Numbered from the stretch's first letter, positions 47,254 to 57,311 are shown. The stretch is DNA of 64,000 nt from Candidatus Marinacidobacterium sp. (GCA_965204755.1 OZ242011.1:3328001-3392000); one strand, 5' to 3'. Numbers and translations are program-made. Notes: a model not told the origin generated them from the sequence alone.

Positions 47254-48564
47254 TCAGTTCGCGCGGCGGCCCGGGGGGTCGGTTTCGGCGGTCAGGCCGA
47301 GCGGGCCGCTCGGCGGCGGACCGACGGCGATGGGCAGTTCCGGGACCGGCGGCGCCGGGGTCGGGAAGATCCGGCGGGGGACGGTCTCCACGGGCTTGGG
47401 GGTGGGGCGTTCGACGGCGCCGGCGGCGTCGCCGCCTTCGAGTTCGCGGAGGCGGCGGAGTTTGGGGAGGAGCCGCTGCTCCCCGGAGGCGACCGCGGCG
47501 TTGTAGGCGTCGGCGGCCCTGGTGAGGCCGACGCCGACCCCGGCGAAGTGCGCGAGGAACTTCTCCAGGCGGCTCCCGGCCTCGAGGGCTTCGCGGCGGA
47601 GGGCGTCCGCGTGCTGCGTGCTCGTGAAGTCGCGCCAACTCGCGGCGGCGCTCCACAGGATGCCGAGCAGCGTCGTCGGGGTGGCGAGGACGACCTTCTT
47701 CGCCCAGGCGTCGTGGATGAGCCCGGGAGCCGCCTGCTCGGCGTCGGCGAGCAGGGATTCCATCGGCAGGAAGAGCACGGTGAACGGGGGGCCGTCCAGG
47801 TCCTTCGGGTAGTCCCGCTTCGCCAGCGCGTCCGCATGGCCGCGGAGCGCCTTGGCGTGCGCGCGGAGCCGTTCGGCGCGGCGTCCGGCGGCGTCGGGAT
47901 CCTCCGGCCCGGTCTCGGTGGCCGCCAGGTAGGCGTCCAGCGGCGCCTTGGCGTCCACCGCGAGTCGGCCGCCTCCGGGGAACCGCACCACGAGGTCGGG
48001 GATGCCTCCGTTCCCGCTCCCGTTCAAGCGGCGCTGGCGGTCGAAGTCGCATCGCTCGGTCATGCCCGCGGCCCGGACCAAGTTCTCCAGTTGCATCTCG
48101 CCCCATCTCCCCCGCGCCTGGCGGTCGCCGCGCATCGCGTCCCGGAGCGACCGGGCGCTGCCCTGCACCTCGCGCACCCGGCTCTCCAAGGCCTCGGCCA
48201 CCCGGGTCAACGAGCCGTGGTCGGCCGCGCGGTCCTTGCCGAGTTGGTCCGCCTTCCGCTTCATCTCCTCGATGGAGTCCTTCAGCGGCGCCGCGGCGGT
48301 GGCGAAGTTCTGAGTCGCGATCTTCCGCTCCTGTTCGGCGGCGTCGCGCAGTTGCTCGACGGCCTTCCCGGCGGCCTTCTCGCAGGCGTCCCGGGCGACC
48401 TCCCGGCTCTGCCCGGCGGCGTCCCGCGCGATCTGCTCGAGGTCGCGCCGGGCCTCCGCCCGCCCGCGGCGCTCCCCGTCGGAGCGCCCGGTGAGGCGAC
48501 CGACGACGAAGGCGGCCGCGAGGAGGAGGGCGGCCAGGGCCGCGAGAGTCAGGTAACTGCTCAT
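47254..48564 (-). CDS. rmuC: DNA recombination protein RmuC
   Basis: N-terminal TM and coiled coil, RG.WGE.QL, PD.VV..PG, VDAK.PL..Y, L..RDY, LF.P.E, ATPTTL, YN.AV.S.E.R. Confidence 0.9.
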   Translation of the reverse strand: MSSYLTLAALAALLLAAAFVVGRLTGRSDGERRGRAEARRDLEQIARDAAGQSREVARDACEKAAGKAVEQLRDAAEQERKIATQNFATAAAPLKDSIEEMKRKADQLGKDRAADHGSLTRVAEALESRVREVQGSARSLRDAMRGDRQARGRWGEMQLENLVRAAGMTERCDFDRQRRLNGSGNGGIPDLVVRFPGGGRLAVDAKAPLDAYLAATETGPEDPDAAGRRAERLRAHAKALRGHADALAKRDYPKDLDGPPFTVLFLPMESLLADAEQAAPGLIHDAWAKKVVLATPTTLLGILWSAAASWRDFTSTQHADALRREALEAGSRLEKFLAHFAGVGVGLTRAADAYNAAVASGEQRLLPKLRRLRELEGGDAAGAVERPTPKPVETVPRRIFPTPAPPVPELPIAVGPPPSGPLGLTAETDPPGRRAN

Positions 48565-48720
48565 GCGGGGAATCTTCGAGGGGAGGCGCGACAGGAACGG
48601 TCACCCCCTTTTTTCGAGCCCGCCGCCGGCGTCGGCGCGCTGGTGGGATACCGCGAGCCGCCTTCCTGTTCGGGGGCACCGGCGCTCGCGTCCCGGCGGG
48701 GGGCCGGGGCGCGGCGTCCG

Positions 48721-49600
48721 GTGAACTCTTGGCTGGTGGGGCTGGACATCGCTCGCTCCCGGGGCCGTGCGCACTACTTCGTCAGGGAGCCCATCGGGAG
48801 CGGTGAGACCACGGCGCGGACCACCAGCGTGCTGCCCTATGCCAGTTACCGGCCGACCGACCGGACGGAGTGGTGGGCAATCGGCGGTGCCGGCGAGGTG
48901 ACCCTGGAAACCGACTGGGGGGATCGGGGTCGGGAGTCGTGCGACTTGTCGCTGGGGATGGGGCTGGTCGGGCTGCGGCTGCGGGTCTCAGGTTCCGGCG
49001 GGGGCCCGAGCGTGGCGCTCCGGGGAGACGCCGGGCTGGCCCGGCACACCATCGCCTCCGGCGCGGGCGTCTCCGGCGGGCGCGAAGCGCGGGCGGTCCG
49101 GCTGCGGGTGGGAACGGAGACCCGCTTCCGGCGGAGTCTGCGCGGAGGCAGCGCGTTCGAGCCGTTCGTGGCGGTGTCGGCGTGGACGGATGGCGGTACG
49201 GGAGCGACCGGGGTGATGTCCGGAGGTGTCGGGCCGCCTGCGGATGACGGCGGGGAGGCGGTTCCGGCTGGAGGCGCCGAGCGGATGCTGGCGGCGCACA
49301 GCGAGGACTGCGAGTGGGGCGCTGGTCTCACCGCGTTGCTGCAGCCGAGGCCGGACGGCGAGGGGCTGTCGTTCTCGCTGGCCTCGACCTGAGGCGGCTG
49401 GGGCCTACCGGACGCGTTGTGGCGTCCCGACGCGGACCTGCTCGGCGGCGGGCGGGGGCTCGACCGGCGTCCCGAAGGCGGCGCCTTCGATGTCCGATTC
49501 GGCCGGGCTCGCCGGCGGGCGGCTCCCCGGCGTGCGCCACGGCGACCCCTTTGGCGCCGGGGTAGATGTTCGTCCCGGAGTTGTCCGGCGAACGCCACTC
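48721..49600 (+). pseudogene. Degraded autotransporter-type beta-barrel remnant
   Basis: Alternating beta-strand motifs LVG....S.G...Y, TSV.PY, W...G.G, DL...MG..G, LRGDA, RLR.G.E, EPF.....R/W.DGG. No start, with stops and frameshifts after 49392. Confidence 0.55.
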
Positions 49601-49765
49601 CTACGGCGACACCCCCCGCCTCCTCCCGGCTCGGCATCCGCGGGGCCACTCGGCTCCAGCGGCCTCGGAAGAAGCGCCCGGATCTCTCGGTCTCGACCGG
49701 GCAGCCTGTCATAATGCGCCCTCATCGCAGCGTCGGATGGGCCCGTCGTAGAAACTCTCCGCCGA

Positions 49766-50422
49766 ATGACGCGAGACGAGTGGCGAGCGACGCCGACGAG
49801 ACCGGCCATCTACCACATCGTCCACATGGACCGCCTCGACTCGATCATGCATCTCGACGGTCTCGTGTGTGATGAGACGGTGACCAGGAAGTCGCTGGCG
49901 GGAACGACGATCGGTATATCCGAGATCAAGGAACGGCGCCGCGAGACGCGACTCGACAGCTATCCGGATCTTCGCGTAGGGCAGTGTGTTCCGTTCTACT
50001 TTTGCCCACGGTCGGTGATGCTCTATGTCATCGAGAGACGCAATCATCGGGACCTGGCCTATCGTGGCGGACAGGATCCGATCGTGCATCTGGAGGCGGA
50101 CATGCGCGAGACCGTGACTTGGGCTGATTCGCACGATCTTCGATGGGCGTTCACTCTGTCCAACGCCGGGTCGAAGCACTTCGAGGACCGGTGCCGGTTG
50201 GAGCATCTGGATCAAGTCGACTGGGATGCCGTCTCGGACCGAGACTGGCGAGAGACGAGAGCGCGAAAGCAGGCCGAGTTCCTCGTTGAGAAGCGTTTCC
50301 CGTGGAATCTGGTTCGCCGGATCGGCGTGCGAACGGCCGCAACGGCGAAGTATGTCGAGGCGGCGATCCGGGGAGCGCCGGGGCGTCCCTCGGTCGAGAT
50401 CAAGCCGGACTGGTATTACTGA
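49766..50422 (+). CDS. darT: DarT DNA ADP-ribosyltransferase toxin (DUF4433)
   Basis: IYHI.H..RL.SI, I..RR, VPFYFCPRS.MLY.I, FT.SNA, KQAEFLV (catalytic Glu), WYY. Confidence 0.92.
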   Translation: MTRDEWRATPTRPAIYHIVHMDRLDSIMHLDGLVCDETVTRKSLAGTTIGISEIKERRRETRLDSYPDLRVGQCVPFYFCPRSVMLYVIERRNHRDLAYRGGQDPIVHLEADMRETVTWADSHDLRWAFTLSNAGSKHFEDRCRLEHLDQVDWDAVSDRDWRETRARKQAEFLVEKRFPWNLVRRIGVRTAATAKYVEAAIRGAPGRPSVEIKPDWYY

Positions 50423-50432
50423 GGCATCGGCA

Positions 50433-51491
50433 GTGATCGAGTATCGAAACGGGGATCTCCTGACGGCCGAGACTGACGCTCTCGTGAACAGCGTCAACTG
50501 CGTCGGTGTCATGGGCCGGGGCGTGGCGTTGGCGTTCAAGAGGCGATTCCCCGAGAATTACCGGGCGTATGCCAAGGCGTGTCGGCAGCGCCAGGTCCGG
50601 TTGGGTCGCGTGTTCGTCTACGAGACGGGACAGGTGTTTTCGCCGCGTTACATCATCAACTTCCCGACCAAGGATCACTGGCGGGCCAAGAGCCGGATGA
50701 AGGACATCGTGGAAGGCTTGTCCGATCTTGCGAAGTCGATCCGAGACAGGGACATCCGCTCCATCGCTATTCCGGCTCTCGGCAGCGGACTCGGTGGACT
50801 TCCCTGGCCGGAGGTCCGCGCTTCGATGGAGGATGCGTTGGGACAGCTGGGCGAAGTAACGGTTGCTGTGTATCGCCCGCGGGTTCCGTCTTCGGTGACC
50901 GCTGCCGCATCGAGCAGCCCGCCGAGAATGACCGAAGGACGTGCGGCGCTGGTGGCCCTGCTGGACCGGTATCTGGGGGCGGCGTTGGATCCCGTCGTGA
51001 CGCTTCTCGAAGTGCACAAACTGATGTACTTTCTTCAAGAAGCCGGAGAACCGTTGCGTCTCCGATATGTCAAGGGACCCTACGGACCCTACGCCGAGAA
51101 TCTCCGTCATGTGCTCTCTCGGATCGAAGGGCACTTGGTGTCCGGTTCTGCCGGTGATGGGGACTTGCCCGGACGGGAGATACAGTTGGCGCCCAACGCT
51201 CTCGAAGATGCCCGTGAGTTCCTGAACGGGAAACCAACGACGATGACGCGGATCGAGCGTGTAGAACGACTCGTGTACGGCTTCGAGGACGCGTTCGGAA
51301 TGGAACTTCTGGCGACGGTCCACTGGGTGATCGAGCAGGAAGGCGCGCGGGACTTCGATAGCATCGTGAACCTCACCCACACTTGGAGCGAGAGAAAGAG
51401 GCACTTCACGAGACGGCAGATCGGGATCGCGGCCGATGTGCTTGCCGAGCAGGGGTGGTGCCCGCCTCGGGAGGACGCAGGCGAACCTTGA
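50433..51491 (+). CDS. darG: DarG macrodomain antitoxin (DarG2-type)
   Basis: GDLL....ALVN.VNCVGVMG.G.A..FK..FP, IINFPTK.HW, SIA.P.LG.GLGGL.W, LE.HKL.YFLQ, YGPYA, ELLATVHW. Confidence 0.92.
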   Translation: MIEYRNGDLLTAETDALVNSVNCVGVMGRGVALAFKRRFPENYRAYAKACRQRQVRLGRVFVYETGQVFSPRYIINFPTKDHWRAKSRMKDIVEGLSDLAKSIRDRDIRSIAIPALGSGLGGLPWPEVRASMEDALGQLGEVTVAVYRPRVPSSVTAAASSSPPRMTEGRAALVALLDRYLGAALDPVVTLLEVHKLMYFLQEAGEPLRLRYVKGPYGPYAENLRHVLSRIEGHLVSGSAGDGDLPGREIQLAPNALEDAREFLNGKPTTMTRIERVERLVYGFEDAFGMELLATVHWVIEQEGARDFDSIVNLTHTWSERKRHFTRRQIGIAADVLAEQGWCPPREDAGEP

Positions 51492-51556
51492 GGAGTGGTC
51501 CCTGGTGCCGGGCGTTGAGCGCCGATCCGGGCGGGCGCGGCGTTGCGCGAAGGGGG

Positions 51557-54208
51557 TTACTTCTGGGGGACTTCGAGGACGATCGACATTTCGGCGCCGG
51601 TGTGGGTGATGATGCGGACGGCGACCTGGCCGGTGCGGGGCTTGGGGAAGGGGGTGCTCGCGAGGGAGAGCATGGCGTTCCAGGCGTCGCGGTTCAGCCG
51701 GGAGCCGAGTCGGGCGGCCAGCCGCTCGACTTGACGGTCCTTGCCGTGGCCGGGGAAGTGGATGCGGTGGGCGAAGAACGCCTTGCCGTCGTGTTCGGTG
51801 TCCAGCATCCAGCAGGCGATGTCGGCCGGCTTCCCGGAACGCAGGTTCCCGCTGGACGGATCGAACACATCGAATCCCCGGACTTCGCAGGTGAAGTGGT
51901 CCGCGGGTCTCTCGGCGCGGGCGATCCGCACATCCGGCTCGCCGACCATGACGAAGGCGGCGTCCTGCTGGCTGTCCTTCAGGTTCCCGATCATCAGGTC
52001 GCGGTTCGCCAGCGCCCGGAGCACGCGGAGCCGTCCGCGCGTCTCCTCGCCGCTTCCGGCCCCGGCCTCGAACGCGAAGGCCACGACCAGCAGGGTATCC
52101 ACCTCGTCCAACTGCACCGCCTCGTTGGCGGCCCGGGTGATGAGCGCCGGGGAGACGGTGATGTCGTCGGGGAGGATGGCCACCGCGATCCGTCCCGGCG
52201 GGGTTGCCGCCGCCGGTTCGTCGTCCGCGGCCCGGTGCGCCGTGTGGGTTACGACTCGCCCGGTGTGGGGCTCCAGCGAGTCGAGCCGGAGGCGGCCGGC
52301 GCCGGGAATGCGAACGCCGGCGGTCTCGAGCGCGGCGCGAACCGCTTTGGAGAGGTCGGAGTCGTGCTGCTGGGCGCCGAGGCGGTCCTCGTCAGCGGGA
52401 AGGTACCGCGACGGCGACTCGCTCTCCACGGTGAACGGGGAGGAGACGCGCACGACGCCCTTCTTCGCGTAGGGGCGATCCACGAGGAGCGTGGGATCGC
52501 GAACCTCGTCGTAGGCGAGGACGGCGGCGCTGACATACGGAACGCGCTCGTATACGAAGCCCTTCGCGGGATCGTTCGTAAACGGCGCCTCGCCCGCAGG
52601 CCCGCCGCCCGCCGCCCGTTCGATCGTTCGATCGTTCGATCGTTCGATCGTTTGATCGTTTTCACCTGTATCAGAAAGCTCGGCCTCCTTCAAGGCCCCC
52701 TCCGGGGAGTCCTGCAACAGGTGATACGGAAATACGCCGACGGCAAGCCGCTGCCGTGCGAGGGCGATCGGGACGGCGGCGGCGTCGATCGTGATCCACC
52801 GCCGACCCCATTTCTCGGCGACTAGAGCGGTCGTCCCCGATCCGCAGGTGATGTCCAGCACCAGGTCTCCGGGATCCGTGGCCATCAGGAGGCAGCGTGC
52901 GACGACGAGCTCCGCCGTCTCCACCACATAGTGGAGGTCACTCGGCGACATCTGGGTGCTCCAGACATTGTGGATCTTCCTTCCGGGTAGTTCGTCCTCG
53001 TACCGCTTCCAGTGTAGTCGGCCCCCTTCGCGTGCGGCGAGACGTCCCTTTTCACCCAGGCGTCGCAGTCCGTCCATGTCGACGCGCCACTGTTCCGTCG
53101 GCGGGCATGGGTAGGATCGGCCGCGCCACCTGAATGTTTGGGACCGACCAGTTGTCGACGGGTGCTGGGAGGCGAGTCGTGCGAGTTGAAACACTCGCGC
53201 CCCTTCGGGTAGGCGCTCGTCGGGAGACTCGATCTCTTCTGGCGACAGGTTGCGAATCGACCCGTCTGCGAGTTCGACCATCGTATACGAGGCTCGGTAG
53301 GCGATCTTCTCCCGGCGGCTCATGGCTTCGTGCAACTGCCGGAACTTGAGGTCGTCCTTCTCCTTCGCATACCACAGCAGGTAGTCCGCAACTTCGGGCA
53401 GAGTCTGCGAACTGCTACCACCGGACTTGACGAACGGGATCGTCGCCACTCGGTTCTCGGCACCGAAGACTTCATCGAGAACGACGGCCAGCCGGTGGAC
53501 ATTCGCGTTGCCGATCTGGACGAACAGGCTGCCGGAGTCGTGGAGTAGGGTCCGGGCGAGGACGGCGTTCCGGCGGATGTTGTCCAGGTAGGAGTGGATC
53601 CCGTTCTCGTACGCGTCGCGGAAGGCGCGGACGATGCCGACATCGCTCGGTACCGCTTTGCCGGTGTTTCCGGCGTCGCGCTCGTTCACCGAGGGCTGGA
53701 AGTTGCTGTTGAACTTGATGCCGTACGGCGGGTCGTAATAGACCATCTGGACCCGGCCGGCCAATCGGTCGCGGTCGGCGAGGGACGCCATGATCCGGCG
53801 GGAGTCGCCGCGGATGAGGCGGTTCTGCCAGTTGCCCCGGTGTTCGTACCACTCGTAGGCGGCGTTCTCGGGCAGGTCGTTGTAGGCCGCGCCGAACATG
53901 CTCCGGGTCTCCCGCCGGTCGGCGGGCGCCGTGGTCAGCGAGCGCACGAACGCGGCCGGATGGATCTTCTCGTGGATGTAGAGCGGGTGCGACTCGACTT
54001 CCAGGGCGTTCGGGTCGTCGCCGCGATCCCACGACAGGCGCGGCTCCCCGGCCCGGTCGTCGCGGATCGGGGGCTCGTAGCGGCGGGGCGCGCGATCCGC
54101 GTCCGTCATGTAGGGAGCGGTTTCCTCGGTCGGCAGGTTCAGCCGGTCGGCGGAGGCGTGCGCGTAGGCCTCCGGCGGCGCTTTCCGCGTGGTCTTCTTC
54201 TTGGGCAT
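51557..54208 (-). CDS. mod: Type III R-M methyltransferase Mod
   Basis: LYIHEK, W.NRLI.GDS, DPPYGIKFNSNFQ (motif IV), TDPGDLVLDITCGSGTT..AE.WGRRWIT (motif I), GFVY..VP, RV.SPFTVES, S.PF. Confidence 0.9.
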   Translation of the reverse strand: MPKKKTTRKAPPEAYAHASADRLNLPTEETAPYMTDADRAPRRYEPPIRDDRAGEPRLSWDRGDDPNALEVESHPLYIHEKIHPAAFVRSLTTAPADRRETRSMFGAAYNDLPENAAYEWYEHRGNWQNRLIRGDSRRIMASLADRDRLAGRVQMVYYDPPYGIKFNSNFQPSVNERDAGNTGKAVPSDVGIVRAFRDAYENGIHSYLDNIRRNAVLARTLLHDSGSLFVQIGNANVHRLAVVLDEVFGAENRVATIPFVKSGGSSSQTLPEVADYLLWYAKEKDDLKFRQLHEAMSRREKIAYRASYTMVELADGSIRNLSPEEIESPDERLPEGARVFQLARLASQHPSTTGRSQTFRWRGRSYPCPPTEQWRVDMDGLRRLGEKGRLAAREGGRLHWKRYEDELPGRKIHNVWSTQMSPSDLHYVVETAELVVARCLLMATDPGDLVLDITCGSGTTALVAEKWGRRWITIDAAAVPIALARQRLAVGVFPYHLLQDSPEGALKEAELSDTGENDQTIERSNDRTIERAAGGGPAGEAPFTNDPAKGFVYERVPYVSAAVLAYDEVRDPTLLVDRPYAKKGVVRVSSPFTVESESPSRYLPADEDRLGAQQHDSDLSKAVRAALETAGVRIPGAGRLRLDSLEPHTGRVVTHTAHRAADDEPAAATPPGRIAVAILPDDITVSPALITRAANEAVQLDEVDTLLVVAFAFEAGAGSGEETRGRLRVLRALANRDLMIGNLKDSQQDAAFVMVGEPDVRIARAERPADHFTCEVRGFDVFDPSSGNLRSGKPADIACWMLDTEHDGKAFFAHRIHFPGHGKDRQVERLAARLGSRLNRDAWNAMLSLASTPFPKPRTGQVAVRIITHTGAEMSIVLEVPQK
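52617..52660. repeat. 8 bp tandem repeat CGTTCGAT x4 plus one imperfect and one half unit, inside mod
   Basis: Units at 52617, 52625, 52633, 52641, then CGTTTGAT at 52649 and CGTT at 52657. Confidence 0.92.
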
Positions 54209-57200
54209 CAGGGGGATGCGGCTCCTCGGTGTCCGCCTCGGGACGCGCGGGCGCGGCGGATCGCGTGTTCGAGGTCGCGCCCCACTTCGTCGGGGCGGGT
54301 CAAGATGCAGTAACGCCAGGTCCCCCGGCAGTCTTGGTCGTCGGTGTTCGCGACCGCCGGAATCCATCGGCGCTCCACCGCCCTTCGTTTGGCTTCGCTG
54401 TCGCGTCCCGGCCGACCCTTGTACTCGATGATGAGGTGGATCGGCCCGCCGTCCGGGCCGGGTTCGGAGAGCCGGGCGAAGAAATCGGGAAGGTAGCGGC
54501 GGTGCGCGCCGGTTCCGGGCTCGAGGTAGGGAATCCCCCAGTCGAGCCGGTCGTTCCGCACCCACCACGACACGCTCTCGCTCCGGTCGAGCGCCGCCGC
54601 CACGGTCAGTTCCGGGTCGCTGTCGCAAGGCGCCCGGTTCACCTCGGAGCGCTCCGTGTCCCGGACGCGCCGCTTCGCGGTCTCGTAGCAGACGGAACCG
54701 GTGTGCAGCACGCGCTCCGCGGCGGTATCGCTCTCGTCGGCGTACACCGGCAGGATGCGCGGAGGGGCGCCGTCCGAGGAAGGACAGGCGCCGGCGATCT
54801 CGGAAGCGGCGCCTTCCAGCCGGCCGTCGCGCGTCACCGTGCGGATGTCCGGGTATTCGACCAGCGGGTGGGCCAGCCAGCGCTCCACCGCGTGGAGCGC
54901 GTCCCGGAACAGCAGCCGCCGGCGGAAGACGACGGCGCCGTCGCCGTTCTTCCGCGCGATGACCTCGAATCGGTCGAGGACGGCCTTCGCGAGGCGCCAG
55001 CGCTCCTCTTTCTCGCGCCGGACATCGTAGTGGACCTGTTCCTCTCCGGCGACGCCCGCAGTATGGGTCGCCTGCGGAAGGCTGGGCGTGTAGTCCCCCC
55101 AGGAAGAATCATCCGTCCGCTCCAGCGAGCGCGGGACGAAGCGGCGCACCCGGCTCTCGTCCAGGCGCAGCCGGGGGCCGGGCAGTTCCCAGCGGTACCC
55201 GGCCAGGTTGGGGAATTCCAGGCGGTAGTCCTCCCGCCCGGCGACGCTGAACACCGCGTAGGGTTCGCGCGCCGGTTCCGGGGTTTCGCCGGCGGTGCGC
55301 ATGAAGGCGAAGGGCACGCCGAAGATGTTGGAGACCTCGGGGCGGAGCAGCCGCCGCTCTTCGTCGGCGAAGTCGTCGTAGGCGGTGCGGCGGAGCGATC
55401 TCCCGACCACCTGTTCGCACAGGAGTTCGCTCCCGAACTTGCGGAAGCCGAGGATGTGGGTGACGGTCCGCGTGTCCCAGCCCTCGGAGAGCATGGACAC
55501 CGAGATGACGCAGCGGATGCGCTTGCCGGGGCCGTCCTTGCCGACGGTCTGGACGATCTCCCGCAGCCGTTCGAGCCGCTCCTTCCCGGTCTTCGCGTCG
55601 GGGGCGAACAACTCCCCCTGTTTCTTCATCACCGCCGCCAGGTTGCCGGTCAGTTCCTCCGGCGAGTCGAGTTTCGAGTGGATCAGGATCGTCGGCGGCG
55701 TGTCTTGCCATCCGGAGCCGTCGGGGCGCACATTCGAGAAGAGGGGCAGGCGGCCCGGCCGGTACGGGGGCTCCGCGCCCTCCTCGGCCTTCTCGCCGGC
55801 GATCCAGCGGTAGAACTCGGTGGCGTTCTTGACATCGTTCGCCACCACGATCATCACCGGGATCCGCCCCGACCGCGCGTACTTCTCGTTCGTCTTCTCG
55901 TAGTGCTCGTAGAGGGTTTCGAGCGGCGACCGCACGGCGTCGTCCAGGTCGTCGGCGTCGAGCCGTCTCGACTGCGCGTTCTCGTAGAGGTTCCGGTAGA
56001 TCGGCGAGGCGGCCTCGGTGTCGTCGTCCACCGGGACGCGGGGCACCTTGGTAAGCCCGGCTTCTACGGCTTCGATCAGCGGGTAGTCGCTGACGATCCA
56101 GGGGAAGATGGGGGTTTCGAGGCCGGGAGGAAGGCGCAGGTACATCGGCGTCGCCGAGAAGTCGGCGATCCAGGAGAGGCGGCCTTGTTCGCGGAGCGCC
56201 CGCAGCGCCCGGAACCACAGCGCCGCGCTCTCCTCGTATTCGCGTTCCTCGCTGGTTCCCCGGGTCGTCGAGGAAGGGCGGTAGCAGTGGTGCCCTTCGT
56301 CGTTCAGCACCAGGATCTTCCGCGCGGCGCGGTGCGCCTTGAGCAGGCGCGCCAGCATCTGCTCGGGCGTTTCCTTCCACCGCTCTTCGGAGGCGCGGCC
56401 GCCGCGGCGCAGGAGCCCCTTGGCGGCCCCGGTGGCGGCGTCCCCGGCGCCGGCGACGAACAGGCGGTTGGCCGGCTGGAACTTGTGGAAGTTCAGGATG
56501 GAGACGCGGGCGGAGAAACGCGAGCGGAGATGTTTCGGGAGGAGCGCTTCGTAGGCGCGCCGGCCGGCGGGCGCGCTCGGGTCGAGTTCCGCCAGGCGTT
56601 CCCTTACCGTCAGGTTCGGCGCGACGACCAGGACATCGGCGCCCCGCCGTTCGCGCAGCCCCCGCCAGGCGATCACCATCGCCATGGCCAGCGTCTTTCC
56701 GGCGCCGGTCGCCATCTTGACCGCGACGCGATCCATTCCTTCGTTGCCCGCGGCGTTCACTTCGCGCAGCCGCTCCACGATCCCGGCGTGTTCCGCCGAG
56801 CGGAGGGCCGGGCCGGCTTCCTTGAGCCAGATCAGGGTTTCGACGGCCTCGCGTTGACAGAAGAAGGGGCGGGGTTCCGCCTCGCGCGAGTCCCAGTGGT
56901 CGAGGAGATCCGCGGTGCGCCGCGACACTCCGGGCCGGCCCCGCGCTCGCCAGTCGTCCACGGCGGCGCGGATGCGGTTGACCAGCGCGTGCGGGGGGAG
57001 TTCGGCCGCGGTGAGCGGGAGTTTCGGGTGGTTACCCGGCAGCGGGACCGGGAGGTAATCGCCGCTTCGCCTCCGGCCCTCGACCAGTTCGTCGGTGGCC
57101 CGGAAGTTCCGGTCGAGCCGCCAGTGCCGGCGCGGCTCACTCCACGGGTTGTTGAGGATCGGGTTTTCGCGCGAACTCCGCGCGGGCCGATTCTCCGACC

Positions 57201-57213
57201 GTTCTGCTGGCAA
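54208..57213 (-). CDS. res: Type III R-M restriction subunit Res (SF2 helicase plus PD-(D/E)XK)
   Basis: PILN.P..EP..HW, FFCQ.EAVET.I.L, KMATGAGKT, NDEGHH, SATP, ML.EGWD, L.EQV.GR.LRR, Y.PDF, I.E.KG. TGATG overlap with mod. Start uncertain. Confidence 0.9.
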   Translation of the reverse strand: MPAERSENRPARSSRENPILNNPWSEPRRHWRLDRNFRATDELVEGRRRSGDYLPVPLPGNHPKLPLTAAELPPHALVNRIRAAVDDWRARGRPGVSRRTADLLDHWDSREAEPRPFFCQREAVETLIWLKEAGPALRSAEHAGIVERLREVNAAGNEGMDRVAVKMATGAGKTLAMAMVIAWRGLRERRGADVLVVAPNLTVRERLAELDPSAPAGRRAYEALLPKHLRSRFSARVSILNFHKFQPANRLFVAGAGDAATGAAKGLLRRGGRASEERWKETPEQMLARLLKAHRAARKILVLNDEGHHCYRPSSTTRGTSEEREYEESAALWFRALRALREQGRLSWIADFSATPMYLRLPPGLETPIFPWIVSDYPLIEAVEAGLTKVPRVPVDDDTEAASPIYRNLYENAQSRRLDADDLDDAVRSPLETLYEHYEKTNEKYARSGRIPVMIVVANDVKNATEFYRWIAGEKAEEGAEPPYRPGRLPLFSNVRPDGSGWQDTPPTILIHSKLDSPEELTGNLAAVMKKQGELFAPDAKTGKERLERLREIVQTVGKDGPGKRIRCVISVSMLSEGWDTRTVTHILGFRKFGSELLCEQVVGRSLRRTAYDDFADEERRLLRPEVSNIFGVPFAFMRTAGETPEPAREPYAVFSVAGREDYRLEFPNLAGYRWELPGPRLRLDESRVRRFVPRSLERTDDSSWGDYTPSLPQATHTAGVAGEEQVHYDVRREKEERWRLAKAVLDRFEVIARKNGDGAVVFRRRLLFRDALHAVERWLAHPLVEYPDIRTVTRDGRLEGAASEIAGACPSSDGAPPRILPVYADESDTAAERVLHTGSVCYETAKRRVRDTERSEVNRAPCDSDPELTVAAALDRSESVSWWVRNDRLDWGIPYLEPGTGAHRRYLPDFFARLSEPGPDGGPIHLIIEYKGRPGRDSEAKRRAVERRWIPAVANTDDQDCRGTWRYCILTRPDEVGRDLEHAIRRARASRGGHRGAASP

Positions 57214-57311
57214 GTTGGAATTCGCTGCCGCGGGCCGCTGCGCGCGGCCCTTCGGGCGGCGGCGGATTGTATGGGCCGCCGAGCGGGCGTCGGCGCGGCG
57301 GCGCCGCCCGG

